A stretch of DNA of 55,043 bases from an uncultured Bacilli bacterium (GTDB lineage Bacteria > Bacillota_I > Bacilli_A > RF39 > UBA660). The notes below the pieces were generated by a model, which had not been told where the DNA came from, did not search any database, and saw only the letters and a program-made list of their open reading frames with translations. This document shows positions 29,137 to 38,721 of this stretch, in pieces (within the stretch, counting starts at the first letter, position 1; each line of letters opens with the position of its first letter). Made by a program: the position numbers and the translations under genes. Location: the NCBI GenBank assembly GCA_947629035.1, contig CANRCE010000004.1:1-55043 (forward strand). Direction: 5' to 3'.

Positions 29137-29949
29137 CTATTTTTCTCTTATTTTCGTTGTATTAATAACAATACCTAAAATAAAGACATAACTTATCATA
29201 TATAACCAAATCATTAAAATAATAATACTAGATAAATTTCCATATAAAATATCGTATCTTGCAAAATATTTTAAATAATATCCGAATATTGCTGTTAAAA
29301 CAATCCATAATATAGTTGTAACTAAAGCTCCTTTCGTCGTATCTTTACTTAACACTTTCGTAGAGGGAGCAATCGTATATATAAGTTTAATATTAAAATA
29401 TAAAATCAAAAAAGTTATAGGCCATTTTATAATCGTAAATAGGAATATTACTTCATCAATGATATTTTCTAAAATATCATTATTTTTGATAAATTCTAAT
29501 ATCTTTTCTCCAAAAGTTGGAACAATAATTAAAAATATTAATAAAGTTAAAATTGTAATTAACAAAATAACTGATTTAATTCGATTTTTTATTGCATCAC
29601 TTTTTTCAACATGATATAACGTATTAGAAGCTTTTACAATAGCATAAGTTCCATTAGTAGCAATAACAAAAGCTGCAATATTAAAAGCTCCAACTGCATT
29701 ATCAAAACCTTTACCAGATATAATTTCAATAACAAAATTACTAGCTTGTTGTGGTAATAAATTATTTACAAAAGTAATGACGCTATCAATAGAAATATTA
29801 AAAGAAGAGGCAATCAGGATAATTAAAGTTAAAATAGGAATTATGGCTAAAACAAAGTTATAAGCTAACGAAGCAGGTAACATACCCATCTCAATTTTAG
29901 CTAATGTTTTATATATTTTTTTTACATATTCCTTGATTTTATCCCACAT
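29137..29949 (-). CDS. YihY/BrkB family membrane protein
   Basis: 'ASLAYNFVLAIIP', 'YDILYGNLSSIIILMIWLY'. Confidence 0.9.
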   Translation of the reverse strand: MWDKIKEYVKKIYKTLAKIEMGMLPASLAYNFVLAIIPILTLIILIASSFNISIDSVITFVNNLLPQQASNFVIEIISGKGFDNAVGAFNIAAFVIATNGTYAIVKASNTLYHVEKSDAIKNRIKSVILLITILTLLIFLIIVPTFGEKILEFIKNNDILENIIDEVIFLFTIIKWPITFLILYFNIKLIYTIAPSTKVLSKDTTKGALVTTILWIVLTAIFGYYLKYFARYDILYGNLSSIIILMIWLYMISYVFILGIVINTTKIREK

Positions 29950-29963
29950 TGCAAGCTCTCCTT

Positions 29964-32018
29964 TTATTTTTCCATTTTTTCTTTAGCATTTCTCATTTCT
30001 AATGTTGCTTCATTAATTGCATCATCAATACTTTTAACATCATCTAATATCATACTATATCCAATCGAAGCTCCAAAGCCATATGGTAATTCTTTTAATT
30101 CTTTATATATTTTTCTAGTATAAGCTACTACTTTTTTCTCATCATATCCTACCATATAGATTAAGAATTCATTACCATCAGTTCTAATAATATCTGTATT
30201 TGGCTCTTGGTTTACAATTAAAATACTAGCTGCTTTTTTAATAACATTATCTCCCTCTTCATGACCATGATTATCATTTATATATTTAATATTATTTAAA
30301 TCTACCACTACAAAACTTTGAGGATAAATAACATTTTCTTCCCAATTTTTTATATTATAATTCAAATAATTTCTATTTTTTAAAGATGTCATAACATCAA
30401 TAAATTTTAATTTTTCATCTTTACGCATAATATTTATCTTTTTTCTTCGTTTTTGAATTACAATTACCACAATTATAATAGCTAAAATAATAGCGCAAGT
30501 AATTAAAATTACTTTTAATGGTGCTCCAAGAACACTTATTGAACTTACATCATAATTAGTATTATATTTATAGGCATATTCTTTATAATTTACAGAAGAT
30601 ATATAATAACTAAATAATTTACTAAAAGTTTTATTTTTATTAACATCTCTAATAGCATAAGTATATTCTTTATTTAAAATACCAGTATAGACAATATTAT
30701 AATTAGCTAATTTTTTATTTTTATAATAATTATAAGTATATTTATCTAATACTAAAATAGAATTACTTGAAGCATTGCGAATTATCTCATCAGTATTATC
30801 ATAAGCTTTAATAGTTAAACCTAAACTACTAGCATAATCATAAAGATAAGTATTAGCTACCATTTCTATATTCATACCTTGTAAGCTTTTTAAAGAATCC
30901 ACTACCAAATCTTTTTTAGTTAATACCACATATTCTTCTTTAAATAAAGATGACGTATTAATAACATCACTATTTATTCCATTTAAATTAAAATTAGCAA
31001 ATACAACATCGACATCTCCTTGTGACATAGCTTGTTTTAATTTAGATATATTTTCATACTTAATAAATTTAAAATCAACATCAAATAAAGAAGAAAATTC
31101 ACTCAAATAATTAGATAAAACTCCTACAAACTCATTATTATGAGTATTTTCTAAAGGCATATTTACAACATAACCATAATTATAAGCTGACGCATTATAA
31201 CTCATCTTTTCTGATTCACTAATACCTTCGGCTTGGAAAAATAAATCAATAAAATTTTGTTTATATGATTCATCATAAAATTGATTTTTAAATTGTAATT
31301 GATACTTCTTCATAATATTTAAAAGAGTATTGTTATCATTTATAGTAAGAACATATTTCCTACTTAAATCATTTAAATGAAATACAATATTTAAATCATT
31401 TTCTAATATAAAATCTAAATAACCTAATTCTGGTAAAACAAGATACTCTATTTGTTTATTTTCTAAATCAGTTTTTAATGTCTTTATATCTTTATAAGTT
31501 TTATATGCTAAATTACTTCCTTCTGCTAAATAATAAGAAACATCAGCAATATCCGAAGATAAAATTCCTAAAGTTAAATCTTTTAAATCCGTAATTTCAT
31601 CATATTTTTTATTATTAACAGATACTATTACATACTTATCTTCATATAGTAATATATCTTTTTCTGTTAACTGCTCTTTAGTACTTAAAGAACGAAAGGC
31701 TATTTTCTTTAAATTTGATGGACTATCCGTATAATAAGATATTTTATTGAATTCAATATCATATTTATCAGTAAAATTTTTTAAATAATCAAAAAGAACA
31801 CCATTACCTTCTTGTCCAATTACAGGAACATCATTAAAAACACTTATATCAATAATATTATTAGTATTATCTTTTAACCATTTCTTTTCTAAAATAGAAA
31901 ATGAAGAACTATCTTTACTATAATTTAAAACAAAGATAATAAGACTTACTAAAAAGACAACTCCAATAATTGATAAAATAATAATTCGATTCGTTTTTTT
32001 ATTCTTCATAACAATCAC
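29964..32018 (-). CDS. Membrane sensor: tandem solute-binding-like domains + degenerate GGDEF domain
   Basis: TM-extracellular-TM; 'DVMTSLKNR', 'DLNNIKYINDNHGHEEGD', 'RTDGNEF'. Confidence 0.85.
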   Translation of the reverse strand: MIVMKNKKTNRIIILSIIGVVFLVSLIIFVLNYSKDSSSFSILEKKWLKDNTNNIIDISVFNDVPVIGQEGNGVLFDYLKNFTDKYDIEFNKISYYTDSPSNLKKIAFRSLSTKEQLTEKDILLYEDKYVIVSVNNKKYDEITDLKDLTLGILSSDIADVSYYLAEGSNLAYKTYKDIKTLKTDLENKQIEYLVLPELGYLDFILENDLNIVFHLNDLSRKYVLTINDNNTLLNIMKKYQLQFKNQFYDESYKQNFIDLFFQAEGISESEKMSYNASAYNYGYVVNMPLENTHNNEFVGVLSNYLSEFSSLFDVDFKFIKYENISKLKQAMSQGDVDVVFANFNLNGINSDVINTSSLFKEEYVVLTKKDLVVDSLKSLQGMNIEMVANTYLYDYASSLGLTIKAYDNTDEIIRNASSNSILVLDKYTYNYYKNKKLANYNIVYTGILNKEYTYAIRDVNKNKTFSKLFSYYISSVNYKEYAYKYNTNYDVSSISVLGAPLKVILITCAIILAIIIVVIVIQKRRKKINIMRKDEKLKFIDVMTSLKNRNYLNYNIKNWEENVIYPQSFVVVDLNNIKYINDNHGHEEGDNVIKKAASILIVNQEPNTDIIRTDGNEFLIYMVGYDEKKVVAYTRKIYKELKELPYGFGASIGYSMILDDVKSIDDAINEATLEMRNAKEKMEK

Positions 32019-32486
32019 CTAGCTTCTTGTCCATGATATATCATCTATATATGGATGCTTTGTTCCTACAATAACAGTATCAACAGCATTTTCCTCATCT
32101 TCATTAGCTTTCCATCTTAAGAAATATTCTAAATCATAAAAAGCTAATTTATCTTCTTCAAACATTTCTAATGTTGCCCGAGCAATCTCTTTGGCTTTAT
32201 CTTTAGAAACTGAATTATTAAGTGTAAGTTCTACATAAATAATCTTTCCTTGTAATCGGCATTTAGCCTCTTCGACACCTTCATTTTCCCTTAAACTTGC
32301 ACTCAATGTATCATAGAAAGAATTATCTATTTTAACTTCCTCAATACCATCTAATCTGTTACCATATTTATTTTTACTACCTCCAAAATAAAGACTTAAA
32401 AAAATAGCTATCATAATAATGATAAGTATAAGAGATAAACCTGACAATATTGCTAGTCCTTTATGTTTTTTAATTAAATCAATCAT
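32019..32486 (-). CDS. Hypothetical membrane-anchored protein
   Basis: N-terminal TM, AAGGAG RBS, abuts GGDEF gene. Confidence 0.75.
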   Translation of the reverse strand: MIDLIKKHKGLAILSGLSLILIIIMIAIFLSLYFGGSKNKYGNRLDGIEEVKIDNSFYDTLSASLRENEGVEEAKCRLQGKIIYVELTLNNSVSKDKAKEIARATLEMFEEDKLAFYDLEYFLRWKANEDEENAVDTVIVGTKHPYIDDISWTRS

Positions 32487-32644
32487 ATTTTTTTGCTCCT
32501 TTTATGTTATTTATATTATACTATAAATTATTATATTGTGCAAGAGTAATTTCCTAGTATAATTTTATGTATTTTAAAACTTATTATTTAAAAAATTTTA
32601 TAATAAAAAAAATCAACTTATATAACAAGTTAATTTTTTTAATC

Positions 32645-33223
32645 TTATGTTTGACTTTTATCTTGAGTTGCTGATGCATGAATATAGCCAGAATAAGTAG
32701 CATTAGAATAAGACTCATTTACCAAAGTTTTATCTAACCATACATAAACAGTATAAGTATCTATACTATTACTTAAATCAAAATTAGAATATATTGTTGT
32801 TGCACCAGTTTTATCTATAGTTCCATTAGCAACTTCATTCTCGTTTCCTAAAACACCATTTACAGCATCACCCTTTATAACCTGATATTTTAAAGCTCCT
32901 TTTAAAATAGCATCAGATGTTCCTGTAGTATTAGTAGTTAAATATAAAGTGCCTTTACCTTTTATATTACAGTCACTAGATATACCAATTTTTACAGTTG
33001 TATGTAGACCTGAAGTATAATTATCTCCTGCAGCTAAAACTTGATCACCTCCTGATCCACCGATTTCTTGACCTTTCGTATAGTTGATATTAAAACATCC
33101 TGTTGACCCAGAAATATCAGTATCAGGACTTTTCCAAGTATACCAAGCATAAGTAATTCCTGCAATTAAAGCCATAAAAACCAATACTCCCAAAATAGTT
33201 CCCCATAATTTAGCACTTTTCAT
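32645..33223 (-). CDS. Secreted protein with SipW-class signal peptide (TasA/CalY-like)
   Basis: 'AGITYAWYTW'; 'ALKYQV', 'YTVYVWL', 'YSGYIHA'. Confidence 0.68.
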   Translation of the reverse strand: MKSAKLWGTILGVLVFMALIAGITYAWYTWKSPDTDISGSTGCFNINYTKGQEIGGSGGDQVLAAGDNYTSGLHTTVKIGISSDCNIKGKGTLYLTTNTTGTSDAILKGALKYQVIKGDAVNGVLGNENEVANGTIDKTGATTIYSNFDLSNSIDTYTVYVWLDKTLVNESYSNATYSGYIHASATQDKSQT

Positions 33224-33321
33224 AACTTCCTCCTCGTAGTATCTATCTAATAAAATAATACCATCTTTTTTTTAAAATTACAACTACTTTTATGTTTTTT
33301 TACTTTTTTTTAAATTTAGTA

Positions 33322-33350
33322 TTGACAAATCGACAATATTCGATTATTAT
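33322..33350 (+). promoter_or_regulatory. SigA promoter with inverted repeat in the spacer
   Basis: TTGACA, 17 bp, TATTAT; AATCGA-N6-TCGATT between boxes. Confidence 0.75.
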
Positions 33351-33354
33351 ATAA

Positions 33355-33455
33355 ATCACCAATTCAAATTTTAGACGAATTGGTGCTAGTATCACACTAG
33401 CCAACCCCTTTTTATTCTTTTTGGGAGATTGCTTAAATTAAGCAATCTCTTTTTT
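33355..33455 (+). ncRNA. Candidate small RNA (~100 nt) with C-rich single-stranded motif
   Basis: Promoter; hairpins CACCAATTC/GAATTGGTG and GCTAGT/ACTAGC; ACCCCTTT; terminator GAGATTGCTT/AAGCAATCTC-T6. Confidence 0.7.
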
Positions 33456-33503
33456 ATCTATATACAAAAAAGAATAGCAATAATCACTATTCTTTACAAT
33501 TCA

Positions 33504-33722
33504 TTATTTGTTTTGAGAATTATAGTTAGAACCACTTAATTGGTTTTCTCCTAATTTTACTAATCTCTTAGTAATTTCTCCACCAACTGAACCATTAGCT
33601 CTTGAAGTTGTATCTGGTCCTAAATTAACACCAAATTCGTTAGCTATTTCATATTTCATTCTATCGATAGCTTGTTTTGCTCCAGGAACTACCATTTTAC
33701 TGTTGTTACTTGAATTACTCAT
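33504..33722 (-). CDS. sspA: Alpha/beta-type small acid-soluble spore protein
   Basis: '[34 protein letters not shown]'; downstream of thiI as in Bacillus; AGGAGGTG RBS. Confidence 0.92.
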   Translation of the reverse strand: MSNSSNNSKMVVPGAKQAIDRMKYEIANEFGVNLGPDTTSRANGSVGGEITKRLVKLGENQLSGSNYNSQNK

Positions 33723-33743
33723 TATTTTCACCTCCTACACTTA

Positions 33744-33772
33744 TAGGTTGTGAAATTTTAGTAATTTAATAC
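33744..33772 (-). promoter_or_regulatory. SigG-type promoter of SASP gene
   Basis: GTATT, 17 bp, CAACCTA. Confidence 0.55.
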
Positions 33773-33795
33773 ATTTTTATTGTTGGTAATTTTTG

Positions 33796-34980
33796 TTAGA
33801 TAATAAACTCATCTTCACTATTATCAATTTTAATTGTTTCCATATTATTGACAGCTTCTTCGATAAGTTTTTCATAATCAAAATTATTTTCCATTGCAAT
33901 AGCAGTTTCTAAATTAGGATTTATAACAGGATGTTTTGGTAAAAAAATCGTACAACAATCTTCATATGGTAAAATTGATGTTTCATATGTTCCTATTTTT
34001 TTAGCAATCTCAATTATTTCTAGTTTATCCAAACATGCTACTGGTCTTATTACAGGACAATTTATAACATTATTTATTACATACATACTTGTTAAAGTTT
34101 GACTTGCTACTTGAGATATTGATTCACCATTTATTAAAACTAAAGCTCCTCTTTTTTCCATCACTTTTTGTGAAATTCTATACATCATTCTACGCATTAT
34201 GGTTATCATATAATTAGGGTTGCATTTCATATATATTTGTTCTTGAATATCTGTAAAATTAATAATATGAAGTGTAATCTTTGGCTGATATTTAGTTAGA
34301 ATTTTTACTAATTTTTTAACTTTATTTTTAGCTTGCATACTCGTATGGGGTGGTGATTCAAAATAAATACACTCCACTTCAACTCCTCTTTTCATAGCAA
34401 GATAAGTGGCTACTGGTGAGTCTATTCCTCCAGACAACATAAGTAGTCCTCTACCTGCTACTTTAACTGGATAACCACCACTTCCTTTAATTTCCTTATT
34501 ATAAATATAAGTATAATCTTCTCTTATTTCAATTTTTAATAAGAAATCAGGATTATGAACATCAACTTTTATATCTTTAATATTTTTTAAAAGAAAACTT
34601 CCAATTAATTCATTAAATTCTGGACTTTTAATAGCAAAATTTTTATCACTTCTTTTAGTTTCTACTTTAAAAGTTTTAAAAGATAAAGAACTAGCAATTT
34701 CTAAAACATTTTTTTTAATTTCTTCAATATTAGTATTAACTCTATTTGCTACTACTATACTATGAATACCAAAGATATTTTTTAATATATCTATAATTTC
34801 ATCAGTATTATCATCTGTTTCAATATACATTCTAACTCTATTTTTAGTAATTTTAACTTGATAATTTTTTAAACTATCTTTTATATTTTGATATAAAATA
34901 TTTATAAATAAATTACGATTAGCTTTTTTCGTAGTAAGTTCTCCATATTTAATAAATATAATTTGCTTCAAAACAATCAC
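33796..34980 (-). CDS. thiI: tRNA 4-thiouridine synthase
   Basis: 'KYGEL', THUMP domain, 'LSGGIDSPVA', 'QVASQTL', 'YEDCC'. Confidence 0.95.
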   Translation of the reverse strand: MIVLKQIIFIKYGELTTKKANRNLFINILYQNIKDSLKNYQVKITKNRVRMYIETDDNTDEIIDILKNIFGIHSIVVANRVNTNIEEIKKNVLEIASSLSFKTFKVETKRSDKNFAIKSPEFNELIGSFLLKNIKDIKVDVHNPDFLLKIEIREDYTYIYNKEIKGSGGYPVKVAGRGLLMLSGGIDSPVATYLAMKRGVEVECIYFESPPHTSMQAKNKVKKLVKILTKYQPKITLHIINFTDIQEQIYMKCNPNYMITIMRRMMYRISQKVMEKRGALVLINGESISQVASQTLTSMYVINNVINCPVIRPVACLDKLEIIEIAKKIGTYETSILPYEDCCTIFLPKHPVINPNLETAIAMENNFDYEKLIEEAVNNMETIKIDNSEDEFII

Positions 34981-35056
34981 CTTATTTCTTTTCGTTTTTC
35001 TTTATTAATTTAATCAAAAATAATAAGATATGTCAAGATAATTTAGACATATCTTA

Positions 35057-36706
35057 TTAATTAATCTTACAACTTGTATTATCAGGATTATAAGTATATC
35101 CTAATGCTTCAACATAAGCTTTAATTTTTATTTCACTTACTTTATACCAATTTTCACAAATCCAATACCAATCAAAATCATCTTTATTACTAATATAAAT
35201 ATTTTCATATATAAGAGATTTTACATTAGAAATTTGATAAGGAATTCTATTAATAGCATAATTATCTTTAAAAGTATAAATTTCTCCATTTAATTTAGAA
35301 TATTTTACTTCACTTACATAATCTCTAGCATAAAAACGCATATGATTATCAGTAAGAGGATATAAACTATTAAATTGATTAACTATATCTAATTCTACTT
35401 TTAATTGCTCTTTAGTTAAATAACCCGGTATTAAAATTTCATAGCCTGAATAATAATCATTATCAATAGAATTATGATGATTACTATAGACAATATGACT
35501 AACAGCGCCATAATAAGCCATTTCATAACCTCTTCTTTGTAAATTAAGAAGATTTTTTCCTCCCATACCTTTTCCATAAGTATCATCTTCACGAGTAAGA
35601 TATACCCTAAGTCCATGAGCTTCATAACGACATTTTTCATATAAAGATACCGTTAAATTCATTTCTTTTTCATTAATATAAGCATTGGCAGCGCCAGGAT
35701 CACTTCCTCCATGACCTGGATCAATTAAAATATCATATAAATATTCATGGTTTTCAATTTCTATTACTACTTCATCCAAATCATTATAAACAAATGATAC
35801 TAATTTGTCATTTACTTTAGCTCTTAACAATCTTTCAATTTCAGTTATTTTATTTAATAATGGTTGTCCATTAATATAAACTTTATAAGTACCATTTTGT
35901 ACTCCATTTAAGTTAATTTCACCTTGATATTCATTTCCCTTTGGTACAAGTTCAAAATTATATTCATATTCTCCTAATAATTTTAGAGTATACTTATCAC
36001 TTGCCTCTTTCACATAACCTTCAATATAAAATCCATCTTTGGTATATTCATTTTTAGTTAAAGTATTGGTATATTTTTCATAAACTACTTTAGGTGGTTC
36101 TACTTTCTCTTCTTTAACTACAGGTATTACAACATTAGGTTTTTTCACAGTTACTGTTCTTGTTTTTTTGGTAGTATTTCCACTAGTATCACTTACAGCA
36201 TAAATTACTTCGTAAGTACCTGTTTTACTATTATCAACATTATTTTCTACTTTTACTTTAGAAGTTATATCATTATCATAATTATCTATTGCTTTATAAC
36301 CTGGTTCATTATATTTTTCACCAAGTAAAATTGTAACATCAGATAAAGATAAAGTTATAACTGGAGCTATTTTATCTACGACTTTTACTTCCCTTATTTT
36401 TTCATATTTCTTTCCATTGATAGTATAGGAATAACTAACTTCATAACTACCTAATTTTTCTAAATTTAAATTACTAGTATCAATTACTAAAAGATTACTC
36501 CTATCTATTCCATCAACCATTAAAGTAGCCCCATATTCTAAATATTCTTGTTGATATTCAATTTCATAAACACTAGGTTCATTTAAAATAATTTCAACTG
36601 AATATTCTTTTGATCTGTCTTTTCTATCTAAAAAAAAGAAACTTATTAATAAAGAAAGTAATATTATTATTAAAGTTATTATAAGTATTATTTTCTTTTT
36701 TTTCAT
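35057..36706 (-). CDS. Membrane-anchored N-acetylmuramoyl-L-alanine amidase (Amidase_3) with two DUF5011-like Ig domains
   Basis: 'YNEPGYKAIDNYDNDIT..GTYEVIYAVSDTSGN'; 'DPGHGG', 'EKEMNL', 'SNHHNS'. Confidence 0.85.
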   Translation of the reverse strand: MKKKKIILIITLIIILLSLLISFFFLDRKDRSKEYSVEIILNEPSVYEIEYQQEYLEYGATLMVDGIDRSNLLVIDTSNLNLEKLGSYEVSYSYTINGKKYEKIREVKVVDKIAPVITLSLSDVTILLGEKYNEPGYKAIDNYDNDITSKVKVENNVDNSKTGTYEVIYAVSDTSGNTTKKTRTVTVKKPNVVIPVVKEEKVEPPKVVYEKYTNTLTKNEYTKDGFYIEGYVKEASDKYTLKLLGEYEYNFELVPKGNEYQGEINLNGVQNGTYKVYINGQPLLNKITEIERLLRAKVNDKLVSFVYNDLDEVVIEIENHEYLYDILIDPGHGGSDPGAANAYINEKEMNLTVSLYEKCRYEAHGLRVYLTREDDTYGKGMGGKNLLNLQRRGYEMAYYGAVSHIVYSNHHNSIDNDYYSGYEILIPGYLTKEQLKVELDIVNQFNSLYPLTDNHMRFYARDYVSEVKYSKLNGEIYTFKDNYAINRIPYQISNVKSLIYENIYISNKDDFDWYWICENWYKVSEIKIKAYVEALGYTYNPDNTSCKIN

Positions 36707-36716
36707 CGTACTTCTC

Positions 36717-37061
36717 CTATTTAATTGGTTTTATTTTTATTCCTATTACTTTATATTTATTTTGCTCTTCTTTGGAATAAATACTATTAAAAATATCTTT
36801 TAAGTCATTTTTACTAAATGAAGAATCTAACAAAATAGATATATCAAAATTTTTTAATAAATCATCAATATCATCATATATATAAAGATCCATAACTTTA
36901 GCTAAAAAGAAAACATCTTCATTATCTAATTTAGAAAATTTAATAGTATCCCCAACTTTAATTTTTTGTCTTTTTTCATCATATAATCTTATTTCGATTC
37001 TTTTTGTACCTTTTACTATATAATCATAATAAGTAGGATTAAGTCTCATTTCATGTAACAT
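36717..37061 (-). CDS. ASCH domain protein
   Basis: 'GTKRIEIRLYDEKRQKIKVGD'. Confidence 0.88.
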   Translation of the reverse strand: MLHEMRLNPTYYDYIVKGTKRIEIRLYDEKRQKIKVGDTIKFSKLDNEDVFFLAKVMDLYIYDDIDDLLKNFDISILLDSSFSKNDLKDIFNSIYSKEEQNKYKVIGIKIKPIK

Positions 37062-37113
37062 ATTTAACTTCCTTTCTTATACACTCAATTTAAAATTATC
37101 TACTTTAATCTTT

Positions 37114-37485
37114 TTAAGGACAAATATTATCACTACTAGATGGACTTGCATCAGTATAATAGATTTTATTATTTCTAATATCACAATAAATATAACCTAC
37201 CATTTCATTACCATTAGCATCTAACAAGTCATCTTCCGTTGCTCCAACTGATTTAAGTTTAGCTAATTCAAGATAACAATTTTGAGTAACAGTATTACGA
37301 TTTTCACTTACATAAATATCGGCCAAAGAAACTAATAAATCTTGTTTAGCTTTCAATTGCTTTGCTTTACTACGCTCTAAACTAGACGTAATACTTGGTA
37401 TTGCTATAGTTAAAATAGCTATTAATATTACTAATACAGCAAGTAATTCTACTAATGTAAATCCTTTATTATTTATTTTTTTCAT
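37114..37485 (-). CDS. Type IV pilin (small)
   Basis: 'KG|FTLVELL' class III signal. Confidence 0.88.
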   Translation of the reverse strand: MKKINNKGFTLVELLAVLVILIAILTIAIPSITSSLERSKAKQLKAKQDLLVSLADIYVSENRNTVTQNCYLELAKLKSVGATEDDLLDANGNEMVGYIYCDIRNNKIYYTDASPSSSDNICP

Positions 37486-37559
37486 TTGTCTACCTCTTAT
37501 CTATACTATTATTATAAATCTTTTTTTTAAATTTAACAAGAAGATAGACTAAAAAATAT

Positions 37560-38579
37560 TTAATGTTTATTAGTAGCAAATCCATATACTTTATTATTTT
37601 CTAATTTTTTTCCTTTATAATAAAACAATTCACTTACCGTTACTATTTGATAACCATCTTCTAATAAAGTTGGTATTACTAAATCTATTGCATTTAAAGT
37701 TGCACTATAAATATCATGCATAAGTATAATATCTCCATCACTTACTTTATTTAAAATTTTATTGGCAATTTTTTTAGAATTATGATATTTCCAATCTAAA
37801 GTATCTAAATTCCATATAATAATTGGCATATTAGCATTATTTTTTACTTTATTACTAATAGAGCCATAACTTGGTCTAAAAAGACTAGGATAAGTTCCCG
37901 TGATTTTTTTTAATATTTCATTAGTTTTAGTTATTTCTTCCTTTATCTTATCATTACTATATCTTGGTAATATTAAATGATTATAAGTATGATTTCCTAT
38001 TTCCATACCTAATTCAGACATTTTTTTAATTATTTTTTCTTGAGCCATAGCTTTTTTCCCCAAAACAAAAAAAGTTGCCTTAACATTATACTTATTTAAA
38101 ACATCTAAAATCTTACTAGTATTATAATTTGGACCATCATCAAAAGTAAAAGCAATCATTGGTTTATTCATATCTATTTCTTTATAATTGTAAAAATCAT
38201 AATCATATGTTTTTTGTTTTACAAGAACTTTAGATATACTATCATAATCTAAATCTATTAAAAAAGTAGATATGCTATTATTTATTTTATTATCAATTGT
38301 AGAATAATTATAAAAAGTGAGTTCATATTTGTCTTCTTTAATCGTATAATCATAATCAATAAATAGATAATCTTTTTCATATATATGATAATCCATAATA
38401 TAATTATTTATATATTCTAAAAGATAATCATCTATTTTTTTATGATTAAAATAAGGAAAATAAATTTCCATTGTCTCTTCTTTTATCTCTTTATTGATTA
38501 CTTTTTCACTATTAAAATCAACTATAAATAAAATTAAAAAAAATAAAATTAAAGGAATTAATAAATATCTCTTTTTCAA
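37560..38579 (-). CDS. Membrane-anchored polysaccharide/peptidoglycan deacetylase (CE4)
   Basis: 'TFDDGP', 'NHTYNH', 'FRPSYG', 'DTLDW', 'LMHD'. Confidence 0.92.
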   Translation of the reverse strand: MKKRYLLIPLILFFLILFIVDFNSEKVINKEIKEETMEIYFPYFNHKKIDDYLLEYINNYIMDYHIYEKDYLFIDYDYTIKEDKYELTFYNYSTIDNKINNSISTFLIDLDYDSISKVLVKQKTYDYDFYNYKEIDMNKPMIAFTFDDGPNYNTSKILDVLNKYNVKATFFVLGKKAMAQEKIIKKMSELGMEIGNHTYNHLILPRYSNDKIKEEITKTNEILKKITGTYPSLFRPSYGSISNKVKNNANMPIIIWNLDTLDWKYHNSKKIANKILNKVSDGDIILMHDIYSATLNAIDLVIPTLLEDGYQIVTVSELFYYKGKKLENNKVYGFATNKH

Positions 38580-38691
38580 GTATACTCACCTAATACATTT
38601 TATTTATAAATAATAGCTATTATGTAAATAATTAAATAAGTATAAATAAACATATATTTTTTAACTAATATTAAAAATAACCCCAAAAATA

Positions 38692-38714
38692 AATGACTTC
38701 AAATTGAAGTCATT
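38692..38714 (-). terminator. Terminator after hemW-mscS-hyp operon
   Basis: AATGACTTCA/TGAAGTCATT stem. Confidence 0.6.
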
Positions 38715-38721
38715 CATTTAA

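Noticed and set aside
35431-35640. 69-aa alternative-frame ORF
   Set aside because: Nested in the amidase catalytic domain with no convincing RBS
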